Origin: an uncultured Deinococcaceae bacterium | Lineage (GTDB): Bacteria > Deinococcota > Deinococci > Deinococcales > Deinococcaceae | Length of the DNA stretch: 14,347 nt | Direction of reading: 5' to 3' | Assembly: GCA_964252075.1 (NCBI GenBank) | Contig: CAXULY010000076.1 | Coordinates: 1 to 14,347, forward strand | Part shown: positions 7,878 through 14,347 of the stretch, piece after piece | How the letters are laid out: each line of letters opens with the position of its first letter | Numbering within the stretch: the first letter of the stretch is position 1 | The notes under the pieces: model-generated | What the model was told of the DNA's origin: nothing | Databases searched by the model: none | The model's input: the letters and a program-made list of their open reading frames with translations, nothing else | Made by a program: the position numbers and the translations under genes

Positions 7878-8782
7878 TCGTCATCCCGCCCCAGCAGCTC
7901 CTGGTACTTCGCCATCAGCGGCGCGCCCGTGAGGCTCGCGAGGTCTTTCAGTTGCGCCTCGATGTCGATGGGCCCGCCGTCCTTGCCGGTGTGCTCGTGC
8001 AGCAGCTTGTACAGCCCCACGGCTTTGGCGCCCATCTCGACGCCGTCCATCCAGTCGTACGTCTCGATCAGGTCACCGTGCAGGGTGGGCTTCACGCCCT
8101 TGATGAAGCGCAGCAGGCCGCGCTCGCGCGCCAGGTCGTAGTCGATGACGCGCTTGGTGATCAGCACCTCGCGCTCCTCGTGCACCACCGCGTCCGGGTT
8201 GATGGCGACCTGCTCCTCAAGCTCCAGGCGCTGCAGCAGCAGCGCGCGCAGCCGCCCCTCGACCTTCTTCAGCGTCGCCTCGTCCGCGCGCTCCAGGCCG
8301 GTTTTAAACTCCGCGACGGCCCGCTCGCGCGTGATGAGCTCCTGAATGACCTGCTCGGCGGGGCGTGTGACGATCTGCACGCCCTTGACCTGCACCTCCC
8401 GCTCGATCTGTGAGCGGTCGAAGTTCCGGAGGGCGCTGATGTCGTCGAGGAGATCCAGCGCCCCGAAGCCGGCCGCGCGCAAACCCGCTTCGTACGCGTC
8501 GCGAACCCTAACACGCCCTAACAGCCGCGCGCCCTGCTCCTCGGCCGTGCGGGCGCTGTAGCGCGCCTTCACGGCGGCTTCGGTGTTGTTCAGGCGCTGC
8601 AGTTTGTACTTCACGAATTCGCGTTCCTGCGGGAGGCACAGCCGGAGCTTGTCCTGGAAGGCCTGTTGCAGGGGGGTGAGGGTGGAGGGCTGAGGTTTCT
8701 TCGCACTGGCGGGCTTCTTAACTTTGGCTTTTGCCCGCGCGCGTTTGGCGGGGGCGGTAGGCGCGGTGCGGCGTGCGGGCAT
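7874..8782 (-). CDS. terS: Terminase small subunit (Terminase_2-like), 302 aa
   Basis: N-terminal HTH 'FVKYKLQRLNNTEAAVKARYSARTAEEQGARLL' matches the NAT.AA..AGYS..TA...G.RLL pattern; C-terminal EHTGKDGGPI; AGGAGGTG SD; coupled to terL. Confidence 0.88.
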   Translation of the reverse strand: MPARRTAPTAPAKRARAKAKVKKPASAKKPQPSTLTPLQQAFQDKLRLCLPQEREFVKYKLQRLNNTEAAVKARYSARTAEEQGARLLGRVRVRDAYEAGLRAAGFGALDLLDDISALRNFDRSQIEREVQVKGVQIVTRPAEQVIQELITRERAVAEFKTGLERADEATLKKVEGRLRALLLQRLELEEQVAINPDAVVHEEREVLITKRVIDYDLARERGLLRFIKGVKPTLHGDLIETYDWMDGVEMGAKAVGLYKLLHEHTGKDGGPIDIEAQLKDLASLTGAPLMAKYQELLGRDDE

Positions 8783-8810
8783 GGGTCACCTCCTGTTGGG
8801 CACAGCAACG

Positions 8811-8837
8811 CGCCCGGCGCCAGTGAAGGGCCGGGCG
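8811..8837 (-). terminator. Possible stem-loop after the 79-aa gene
   Basis: 8-bp inverted repeat CGCCCGGC/GCCGGGCG about 20 nt after the stop; no U-tract. Confidence 0.35.
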
Positions 8838-8855
8838 GTGCTTGAGGCTGCTGGG

Positions 8856-9095
8856 TTACTTGGGCTGGTAGTGCGTGTGCAGGTGCTGGACGAGGTCCCA
8901 CTTGTCACGCAGGGTGCCGTCCCCACCCCACTGGAAGTCGGTGAGGATCTCCGTGGCGTCCTCCACCGCCCGGCCGTGCGCCCGCTTGAACTCGTCGAGC
9001 GACTGACCCCAGGCGCCGTGCCGGTCGATCAGGGCGTGCAGCTCGTCGAGGGACTCGATGCGGCGCGTCACCAGGCTCTGTCGGGTGATGTTCAT
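8856..9095 (-). CDS. Hypothetical protein, 79 aa, probably leaderless
   Basis: Fills the gap between the two terS-like genes; TACCGT box 5 nt before ATG; coding-like codon use. Confidence 0.7.
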   Translation of the reverse strand: MNITRQSLVTRRIESLDELHALIDRHGAWGQSLDEFKRAHGRAVEDATEILTDFQWGGDGTLRDKWDLVQHLHTHYQPK

Positions 9096-9144
9096 GGGTC
9101 ACGGTACGCCGGGCGGTGCGGGGCGTCTGTCGCTTTGGAGCACA

Positions 9145-9579
9145 TCACTCGTCGTCGAGGAGGGTCTTGTACCGGGTGAGGAGGTCCTCGTAGGGCGTCT
9201 CCGGGCCGGGCGGAGCGGGTGGGTTGAGGGGTGTGCCGTCCTTGCCGGTGAGTTCGAGGCGCTTGCGGCCCCAGCGTTCGGGGTAGCTGCGTTCGAGGAA
9301 GAAGATGTCGGCCTTGAGGTTCCCCTTCGACCCGGCGAGGCGGATGCGGGCGACACTCTCGATCTCCACGGCGGCGCGCGCTTCACGCACTGCCTCGGAA
9401 AATTCGGAATATGCGCGGTTGGCTTTGCCGCCCTGCTCGGCGCGGCGCATCCAGTCGTAGTACGTGTCGACGTGGATGTTGACGTAGTCGCAGCAGGTGT
9501 CGATCCAGTTGCCGGCGCGGAGGGCCTTGATGAACCGCTGCTGCAGCTCGGGCGTGAGTTTCGTCTTGCGACCGGCCAT
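9145..9579 (-). CDS. Second small-terminase-like HTH protein, 144 aa
   Basis: Likely start ATG 9579 with AGGAGG SD; MAGRKTKLTPE...TYYDW...EFSEAVREARA...FLER..PERWGR..LELTGKDG resembles a widespread phage TerS-like family. Confidence 0.75.
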   Translation of the reverse strand: MAGRKTKLTPELQQRFIKALRAGNWIDTCCDYVNIHVDTYYDWMRRAEQGGKANRAYSEFSEAVREARAAVEIESVARIRLAGSKGNLKADIFFLERSYPERWGRKRLELTGKDGTPLNPPAPPGPETPYEDLLTRYKTLLDDE

Positions 9580-9779
9580 GGTGCGGGGGCCTCCTGGGTG
9601 CGGGCGGGGGGCGGTGGGGACGCGGGCGCCCGACCACCCCGCTGAAGCAGGGGCGGGAGCGGGCCTGGGGTGGGGTGGGAGCGCGCTGTGCCGCGCTGAT
9701 GTATATATTTTGAGTGCGGGTCGTGGCGTGAACGAACACTTCATGTGCCACTGCACCGCCCCTGCTTAGGATGGGCGCT

Positions 9780-10235
9780 ATGGTGACTTTGGACACGCTT
9801 GAGCTGGCTGTTCAACGCGCCCGCTCGGAATGGGAAGACACCCGTGCGCTCCGCCGTCAGCTGCGCCTCCCCACGTACGCCACGCACCAGGAACGGCGAG
9901 CCTACGAACGGACACTGACCGAGGCGATCACGGTGCTCAAGGAGGGCGAGGCGCTGCTCGGCGACCTCGAACTGATGCTGCGCACCGTTGAGGACCCGGC
10001 GCTGCTCTCCAGCCAGGTGCCGCGCGTCCTGGGCCTGCGGGCGCGCCTCAGTGACCTGCGCGAGGTCCTCCAGCACCACACGCAGTGGTTAAGCACCAAG
10101 GATGCGGCGCCGGACGTGCAGACCCACCGCACGCGCCATCAGGGGCGGCACGCTGTTCCCGATGCCCGCCCAGGTGTTCACGAAATCGTCCACCGCGTTG
10201 CCGGTGGTGGCGAACTGGTCGTCGTCGGGGAATGA
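9780..10235 (+). CDS. Hypothetical helical protein (MVTLD...), probably leaderless; 3' end possibly artefactually extended
   Basis: TAGGAT box 7 nt before ATG 9780; coding-like to about 10090, after which it is simply the antisense of the methyltransferase remnant. Confidence 0.65.
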   Translation: MVTLDTLELAVQRARSEWEDTRALRRQLRLPTYATHQERRAYERTLTEAITVLKEGEALLGDLELMLRTVEDPALLSSQVPRVLGLRARLSDLREVLQHHTQWLSTKDAAPDVQTHRTRHQGRHAVPDARPGVHEIVHRVAGGGELVVVGE

Positions 10236-10572
10236 CCCGAGGCGCTTCAGTTCGTCCAGGTTCAGCAAGCGCGGCCAGCGCCAGTGGTAGAAGCCGCTCG
10301 ACGGTTCCCCGCCGTACGCGAGGGTGACGGTCTTGATGATCGTCTGCGCCGGGCGGTCCGGGTGCGCGAGTTACGCGGCGAGCACGCCGTGGCCCGCGGC
10401 GATCCGGCCGCTGGTGTCGTCCATCACGGGTGGCCTGCACGGACCCGAAGCGCTTGACGCTCGCGGCGATGGCCTCCAGGTCGTGGCGGGGGTGGTCCTG
10501 CCCAGCGCGGGCATGGAGGCCCTGCAGGTCCTGGAGCTCGACGCGGTGCGCGGGCGGAGCGGGTTTTGGCAT
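10089..10572 (-). pseudogene. Degenerate ParB-like + C5-cytosine DNA methyltransferase gene
   Basis: ATG 10572 with GGAGGTG SD; HDLEAIAASVKRFG (frameshift near 10434) VMDDTSGRIAAGHG = ParB N-domain; TAA at 10371-10373; same frame continues RLLNLDELKRLGSFPDD (motif IX) and IGNSVPPLMARAV (motif X) to TAA at 10089. Motifs I-VIII are missing. Confidence 0.85.
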
Positions 10573-10596
10573 GGCACCTCCGGGGTAACTTGAGGC

Positions 10597-11007
10597 ATGG
10601 TGACGTTGGACGACGTGATCGCGCAGGTGCAGACCTTGAAGGTGGTGCAGGTCGATGTCGCGCGGCTGCTGGAAACCCTCGAGGCGGACGGCACGTGGCA
10701 GACGCGGGCGAACCGCACCGACGCCCTGGGCGAGGAGATGCGCGCCTTCGAGCAGGCCATGCATCACCGCGTCGTGGACCTCGTGCGGGCCATTCAGATG
10801 GTCCAGGAGTTCGAACGCCTGATGGAGGGCACGTCCGCTGGGCCCTGGGCGCCGCCCGCAGAGGCCGTCGGGCTGATGGAGCGGCACTGCGTCGCCCTGA
10901 TGGCCATCTGCGGGATAATGCGCGACCAACTCTCGATCTACATCAACACGCTGCGCGGGCTGCGCGGCGAGGCGGCCCTACAGGGCATCGAGAGCGCCAT
11001 GAACTAG
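10597..11007 (+). CDS. Hypothetical helical protein (MVTLD...), 136 aa, probably leaderless
   Basis: TAACTT box 5 nt before ATG; good codon use; stop overlaps the methyltransferase stop in CTAG (11004-11007). Confidence 0.75.
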   Translation: MVTLDDVIAQVQTLKVVQVDVARLLETLEADGTWQTRANRTDALGEEMRAFEQAMHHRVVDLVRAIQMVQEFERLMEGTSAGPWAPPAEAVGLMERHCVALMAICGIMRDQLSIYINTLRGLRGEAALQGIESAMN

Positions 11008-12335
11008 GCGGCGCGCTCGGCTTCCAGTTCGGCGAAGGTGCGGCCGTCCTCGCGGGTGGCGGTGAGGCCCGTGTGGTCCTGCGCGCGGCGGAGGATCTGG
11101 TCGGCGTAGCGCGGGTCGATCTCGCACAACCGCGCGTGCCGACCGGTCTTGAAGGCCGCGATGAGCGTCGTGCCGCTCCCACCGCACATGTCCAGCACGG
11201 TCTGGCGGCTCTTGCTGCTGGAGATCAGGAAGCGCTGCACGAGCCGCACGGGCTTCATGGTGGGGTGCAGGTCGTTGCGCGTGGGTTTGTCCTCGTACAC
11301 CACCGTGGTGGCGATGGCGTCCCGCTGCCCTTCCAGGATCGCCACGAGGTCCTCTTTCCTGAGCTTGCGGTAGTCCGGGGTGTCGTCCACGACGGTGTTC
11401 TGCGTGAAGTCCCCGTTGAAGAAGTGCCCGGCGCCGTCTTTCCAGCCGTACAGGATGGGCTCGTGCCGCCAGTTGTAGTCCTGGCGACTGAGCACCGCGG
11501 CGTTCTTGACCCAGATGACCGTCTGCCGGTAGCTGAGCCCAGCGGCCTTCATGGCAGCGCGGAAGCTCTCCACCTCCGTCTCGGCGTAGGCGATGTACAC
11601 GCAGCCGCCGCACTTCAGGACATTCGAGGCGCTCTTGAACAGGGCCGTGAGGAACGCGCGGAACTGCTCGGGGCTCATCGCGTCGTTCTCGATTTTCAGG
11701 CGGTCCTTCGTCTTGCCTTCGTAGTTGACGTTGTACGGCGGGTCGGTCCAGATCAGGTCCACCGGTTGTTCCCCAACCAGGCGCTGCAGGACCTGTGGGT
11801 CCGTGGAGTCCCCAACGATCAGGCGGTGCTCGCCGATCGACCACAGCTCGCCGACCTGCGTGACCGGGTGGGGCTGCAGGTCCGGGATGTCGTCCTCGTC
11901 CGTGAGGCCCTGCTGCAGCACCTGATCGCCTAGGTCGTCGAGGAGGTCCAAGTAGTCCTGGGTGTCGTATCCCGTGCCCTCAAGGTCCCCTTCGGCCTCC
12001 AGCTCGCCGAGCAGCTGCGCGAGGGCGGCAGGGTCACGCTCACCGAGTTCGCCCAGGCGGTTGTCCGCCAGGAGAATCTTCAGGGCGGCCCGGTCGTCGA
12101 CGTCCACCAGGAAGACCGGGATCTCGGTGAGCCCGGCCTGCTTGGCGGCGCGCCAGCGGTGCTCGCCCACCAGGATGGTGCCGCTGCTGGCCTGCGCGAC
12201 CACGGCGCCGAAGAAGCCGTTGACGCGGATGCTCTCCGCGATGGCCTCGACGTGCCCGTGGTTGGGGTTGCGGGGGTGCGGGCGCAGCTGGTCGATGGGG
12301 ACCAGCTGCGCGTCAGGGTTCAGGAGGGTCGGCAA
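11004..12335 (-). CDS. ParB-like domain + N6-adenine/N4-cytosine DNA methyltransferase (beta class), 443 aa
   Basis: TTG start with AAGGA SD; ParB motifs HPRNPN, IRVNGF, ILVGEHRWRAA, LADNRL; catalytic DPPY, HPTMKP, SAM-binding VLDMCGGSGTT, EIDPRY. Confidence 0.92.
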   Translation of the reverse strand: MPTLLNPDAQLVPIDQLRPHPRNPNHGHVEAIAESIRVNGFFGAVVAQASSGTILVGEHRWRAAKQAGLTEIPVFLVDVDDRAALKILLADNRLGELGERDPAALAQLLGELEAEGDLEGTGYDTQDYLDLLDDLGDQVLQQGLTDEDDIPDLQPHPVTQVGELWSIGEHRLIVGDSTDPQVLQRLVGEQPVDLIWTDPPYNVNYEGKTKDRLKIENDAMSPEQFRAFLTALFKSASNVLKCGGCVYIAYAETEVESFRAAMKAAGLSYRQTVIWVKNAAVLSRQDYNWRHEPILYGWKDGAGHFFNGDFTQNTVVDDTPDYRKLRKEDLVAILEGQRDAIATTVVYEDKPTRNDLHPTMKPVRLVQRFLISSSKSRQTVLDMCGGSGTTLIAAFKTGRHARLCEIDPRYADQILRRAQDHTGLTATREDGRTFAELEAERAA

Positions 12336-12396
12336 GCGCGTCCTTTCCAGGATGGATGTGAGGAATTTGTGAGAGGGGCGTGCCTACACTGTGCTG

Positions 12397-12657
12397 GTGC
12401 TGATCTTCTCGCGCCCTCCTCGCATCGATCCATGCGTCATCCTGACGGCGCACGGGTACGACCTGGAGATCGAGACGCTGCATGGCGCCCCTGAGGACAC
12501 CCGGGTGCTGCTGCGCGTGACGATGGTGGGTCAGGACCGGAACGTGCTGACCTTGCGGGCCAGCTCACCCCTTGAGGCGGTGCGCCGGGCCTATGCGGTG
12601 ATCGCTGTGGTGCACGGCTGGGAGACGCTCACCCTCGCGGATTTCCACCCGTACTGA
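12397..12657 (+). CDS. Hypothetical protein, about 86 aa, probably leaderless
   Basis: TACACT (12385-12390) 6 nt before GTG 12397; coding-like; converges on 12671..12901. Confidence 0.6.
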   Translation: MLIFSRPPRIDPCVILTAHGYDLEIETLHGAPEDTRVLLRVTMVGQDRNVLTLRASSPLEAVRRAYAVIAVVHGWETLTLADFHPY

Positions 12658-12670
12658 GGGCCGCAGCAGC

Positions 12671-12901
12671 TTAGTGCTGCTCGCGGGGTGGGGCGCTCGG
12701 CGGATCCGGCGCGAGGTCCTGGCTGGCGAGCACCATGCGCAGGGACGTTGCGAGGGTACGCGTGGCGTCCGCGGGCTGCGGGTGGCGCTCGAGGTCGTGC
12801 AGCAGGAGTTGCGCGGTGACGAGGTCGAGGCTCGCGAGCAGGCGGTACTCCCCGGTCGCGGTGTTGCGCACCAGGTTCAGCTCGAGGGGCCGGTCCTCCA
12901 T
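12671..12901 (-). CDS. Hypothetical protein, 76 aa, probably leaderless
   Basis: TACCCT (12908-12913, minus) 6 nt before ATG; coding-like. Confidence 0.7.
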   Translation of the reverse strand: MEDRPLELNLVRNTATGEYRLLASLDLVTAQLLLHDLERHPQPADATRTLATSLRMVLASQDLAPDPPSAPPREQH

Positions 12902-12999
12902 GCCCTCAGGGTAAGGAGCGAAACGAAGGCAGTCAACTAGTTACACCCAAGCCAATTGCCTGCTGTGAACTTCTTGAGATGCTGGCTAGCCTCTGGAGA
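12902..12999. promoter_or_regulatory. Divergent promoter region
   Basis: Visibly lower GC; TACCCT (minus) and TAGCCT (plus, 12987-12992) boxes; palindrome AACTAGTT at 12935-12942. Confidence 0.55.
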
Positions 13000-13233
13000 A
13001 TGATTGTGTGGCGGCTTAAGAACACCATGGACCGGCTGAATGTGTCTCGGTATGCGCTGGCAAAGACATCGGGCATTACCATCAACACCATTCGCAGCAT
13101 GTACGCCGGCGCGCCACAACGCACGGATTTCCGAGTGATCGATCAGGTGATCGTGACGCTGCGAGAATTGACTGGTGCGGACGTGACCCTCGCCGATGTC
13201 CTGGTGTGGGAGGAGAACCCACCGAAGGCGTGA
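13000..13233 (+). CDS. XRE/Cro-C1 family helix-turn-helix regulator, 77 aa
   Basis: MIVWRLKNTMDRLNVSRYALAKTSGITINTIRSMY...DFRVIDQV...LTGADVTLADVLVWE is a Cro/C1-type HTH; TAGCCT 7 nt before ATG 13000. Confidence 0.85.
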   Translation: MIVWRLKNTMDRLNVSRYALAKTSGITINTIRSMYAGAPQRTDFRVIDQVIVTLRELTGADVTLADVLVWEENPPKA

Positions 13234-13496
13234 CGGGGTGCGTGTGTGGTGGCCGCTCGCCGAGTTGCACGGCGTGACCCCCAGCGTGGGCGTGCAGGGC
13301 CTTCTTTGCGGCCAGGAGCGCGCGGTTCGCCGGTGGTTCCGGTTGGTCCGCCCGCGCGGGCGTCGGCGAGCGTTCCAGGCTTCATTCCGCTAACCTTTGC
13401 CAGGCACTTGGGACCTCATGTCGGATCGAAAGGAATTCATGAGCCGGGAACAGGCCGACACTCGGCGCGGCGTGTCTTGGCGCCATCACCGGGAAG

Positions 13497-13530
13497 GGGC
13501 GGCTCGGTGCGCACGCACACCAAGCCGCCC
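13497..13530 (-). terminator. Stem-loop downstream of the 13551 gene, likely terminator
   Basis: Minus strand GGGCGGCTTGGTGTG-CGTG-CGCACCGAGCCGCCC: 15-bp stem with two G-U pairs that work only on this strand, 20 nt after the stop; weak pyrimidine tail. Confidence 0.6.
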
Positions 13531-13550
13531 TCACCCGCCGTTGACTGGGT

Positions 13551-14347
13551 TTACTTCGAGATCTTTTTCATCGTCCACGACACGCTGTAATCGCGTTCGT
13601 CCGCGGTTCCGTAATCCTTGACCCAGTAGTCGTAGCCGGAGAAGCCCACGCCGTCTTTGTAGTCCGCCATGTCGACCGTCTGCTCGTTGAGGATGCTCAG
13701 CATGTCCGGGTCGACTTTTGGCCTCGGCATCTCGTACGTGAGCGGGTCGCCGGGACAAGCCCAGTGCGAGGTGTACTGCGCGGCATGAAGCGGGTCGGTC
13801 AGGGCTGCGGTCATCACGTACTTCACCTTGCTGGTCTGGCCCTGGGCCAGCATGACCAAGCCAGTGGTGCTCCCGTCCAGCGTGACGTGCTGTGGCCCGA
13901 AGGTCCCGGTGTCGAAGCTGGCGGCGCCGGTGTCGCCGTACGTGGTGCGGGCGTCGGCGTACGCACTGGCGTACCAGCTGGCCACGGTGTTGCTGCGCTT
14001 GGGGTCGTAGAAGAAGTACGCGGTGCCGGTCGTGGTTTCGGTCAGGTCCGGGCGGTCCAGGACGCCGCCGGGGAGCCCAGCAAAGCAGGAGGTCTGATGC
14101 TTGCGGATCACCTTTTTGGTGAAGGTGACCTTCCAGCCGTCCACGCCAGAGTCGTAGTACGACACATTGAATTTCGCCTGACCAAACAGGCCGCCGTCGT
14201 TCACCTGCTGCTGCGCGGTGATGGCGTGCCACTCCAGCAGCGGGTACTTACCCGACAGCTGGGTCGCACCGACCGCCACCTGGACGGCATCTGTCTTCTG
14301 CTTGCTGGGGATGTGGTTTTCAGGCGGTGAGGTGTCGTCAATGGCGG
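13551..14347 (-). CDS. 3' part of an unknown beta-rich protein (5' end outside the window)
   Basis: Frame stays open from 14279 to the window edge (AIDDTSPPENHIPSKQKTDAVQV...); rich in Thr/Tyr/Gly/Asp, two Cys; followed by a hairpin. Confidence 0.75.
   Translation of the reverse strand, partial: AIDDTSPPENHIPSKQKTDAVQVAVGATQLSGKYPLLEWHAITAQQQVNDGGLFGQAKFNVSYYDSGVDGWKVTFTKKVIRKHQTSCFAGLPGGVLDRPDLTETTTGTAYFFYDPKRSNTVASWYASAYADARTTYGDTGAASFDTGTFGPQHVTLDGSTTGLVMLAQGQTSKVKYVMTAALTDPLHAAQYTSHWACPGDPLTYEMPRPKVDPDMLSILNEQTVDMADYKDGVGFSGYDYWVKDYGTADERDYSVSWTMKKISK

Larger units (their letters stand above)
1..14347. mobile_element. Prophage/tailed-phage region (packaging + head module and adjacent accessory genes); boundaries not visible
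   Basis: Canonical order terS-terL-portal-protease-decoration-capsid-head completion on the minus strand, with ATGA/GTGA overlaps. No integrase or att site in the window, and the right-hand end (>13240) may not be phage. Confidence 0.9.

Noticed and set aside
56..8141. Long plus-strand ORFs (56..1078, 835..1812, 1689..3263, 3106..4917, 4839..6734, 6975..8141)
   Set aside because: Antisense shadows of GC-biased minus-strand genes; no motifs or start signals.
8506..8523. TTAGGG telomere-like hexamers on the minus strand
   Set aside because: Only two non-adjacent copies inside a coding region; treated as a candidate pac repeat instead.
9695..9745. Possible LexA or RDRM (DdrO) box in the AT-rich patch
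   Set aside because: No proper match to CTGT-N8-ACAG, GAAC-N4-GTTC or the 17-bp RDRM palindrome.
9580..9756. 59-codon N-terminal extension of the second terS-like ORF
   Set aside because: Pro-rich translation of a C-rich spacer; the strong AGGAGG points to ATG 9579.
10566..11933. 455-aa plus-strand ORF and 10978..11844 minus-strand ORF
   Set aside because: Overlap the clear methyltransferase and the 136-aa gene; Arg/Gly-rich off-frame translations.
11004..12335. Methyltransferase as part of a restriction-modification system; DMCGGSG as an inactivating change
   Set aside because: No recognisable endonuclease nearby; orphan ParB-MTases beside terS are common in phages, and motif I tolerates such variation.
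13439..13621. ATG at 13439 behind AAAGGA
   Set aside because: The product is not protein-like, runs through the hairpin and overlaps the convergent gene.
1..14347. CRISPR array, tRNA/rRNA, IS element, integrase/att, reverse transcriptase
   Set aside because: No spaced repeats, tRNA-sized cloverleaf, transposase, recombinase or RT motifs seen.

Overview
High-GC prophage (or phage) segment, read mostly on the minus strand, containing the DNA-packaging and head module of a tailed phage. In transcription order: ParB-N6/N4 methyltransferase, a decayed ParB-C5 methyltransferase, two different small-terminase-like genes, large terminase, portal, prohead protease/scaffold, head decoration protein, major capsid protein and head-completion genes. 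Six small accessory genes, including an XRE-family HTH regulator, are interspersed; each has a TANNNT box 5-7 nt before its start codon (leaderless, Deinococcus-Thermus style), which suggests a Deinococcus-like host. The window ends inside an unknown beta-rich gene. Main points of interest: (1) two unrelated TerS-type proteins share a C-terminal tail, and each gene carries an AT-rich tandem repeat that may be a pac site; (2) the portal appears to start at a non-canonical ATC codon, in frame behind the TerL stop; (3) a 'MVTLD' gene converging on a ParB-methyltransferase occurs twice; (4) a nested scaffold start; (5) G-quadruplex-type motifs in the main intergenic spacers. All calls come from motif recognition and gene order; no database searches were run.
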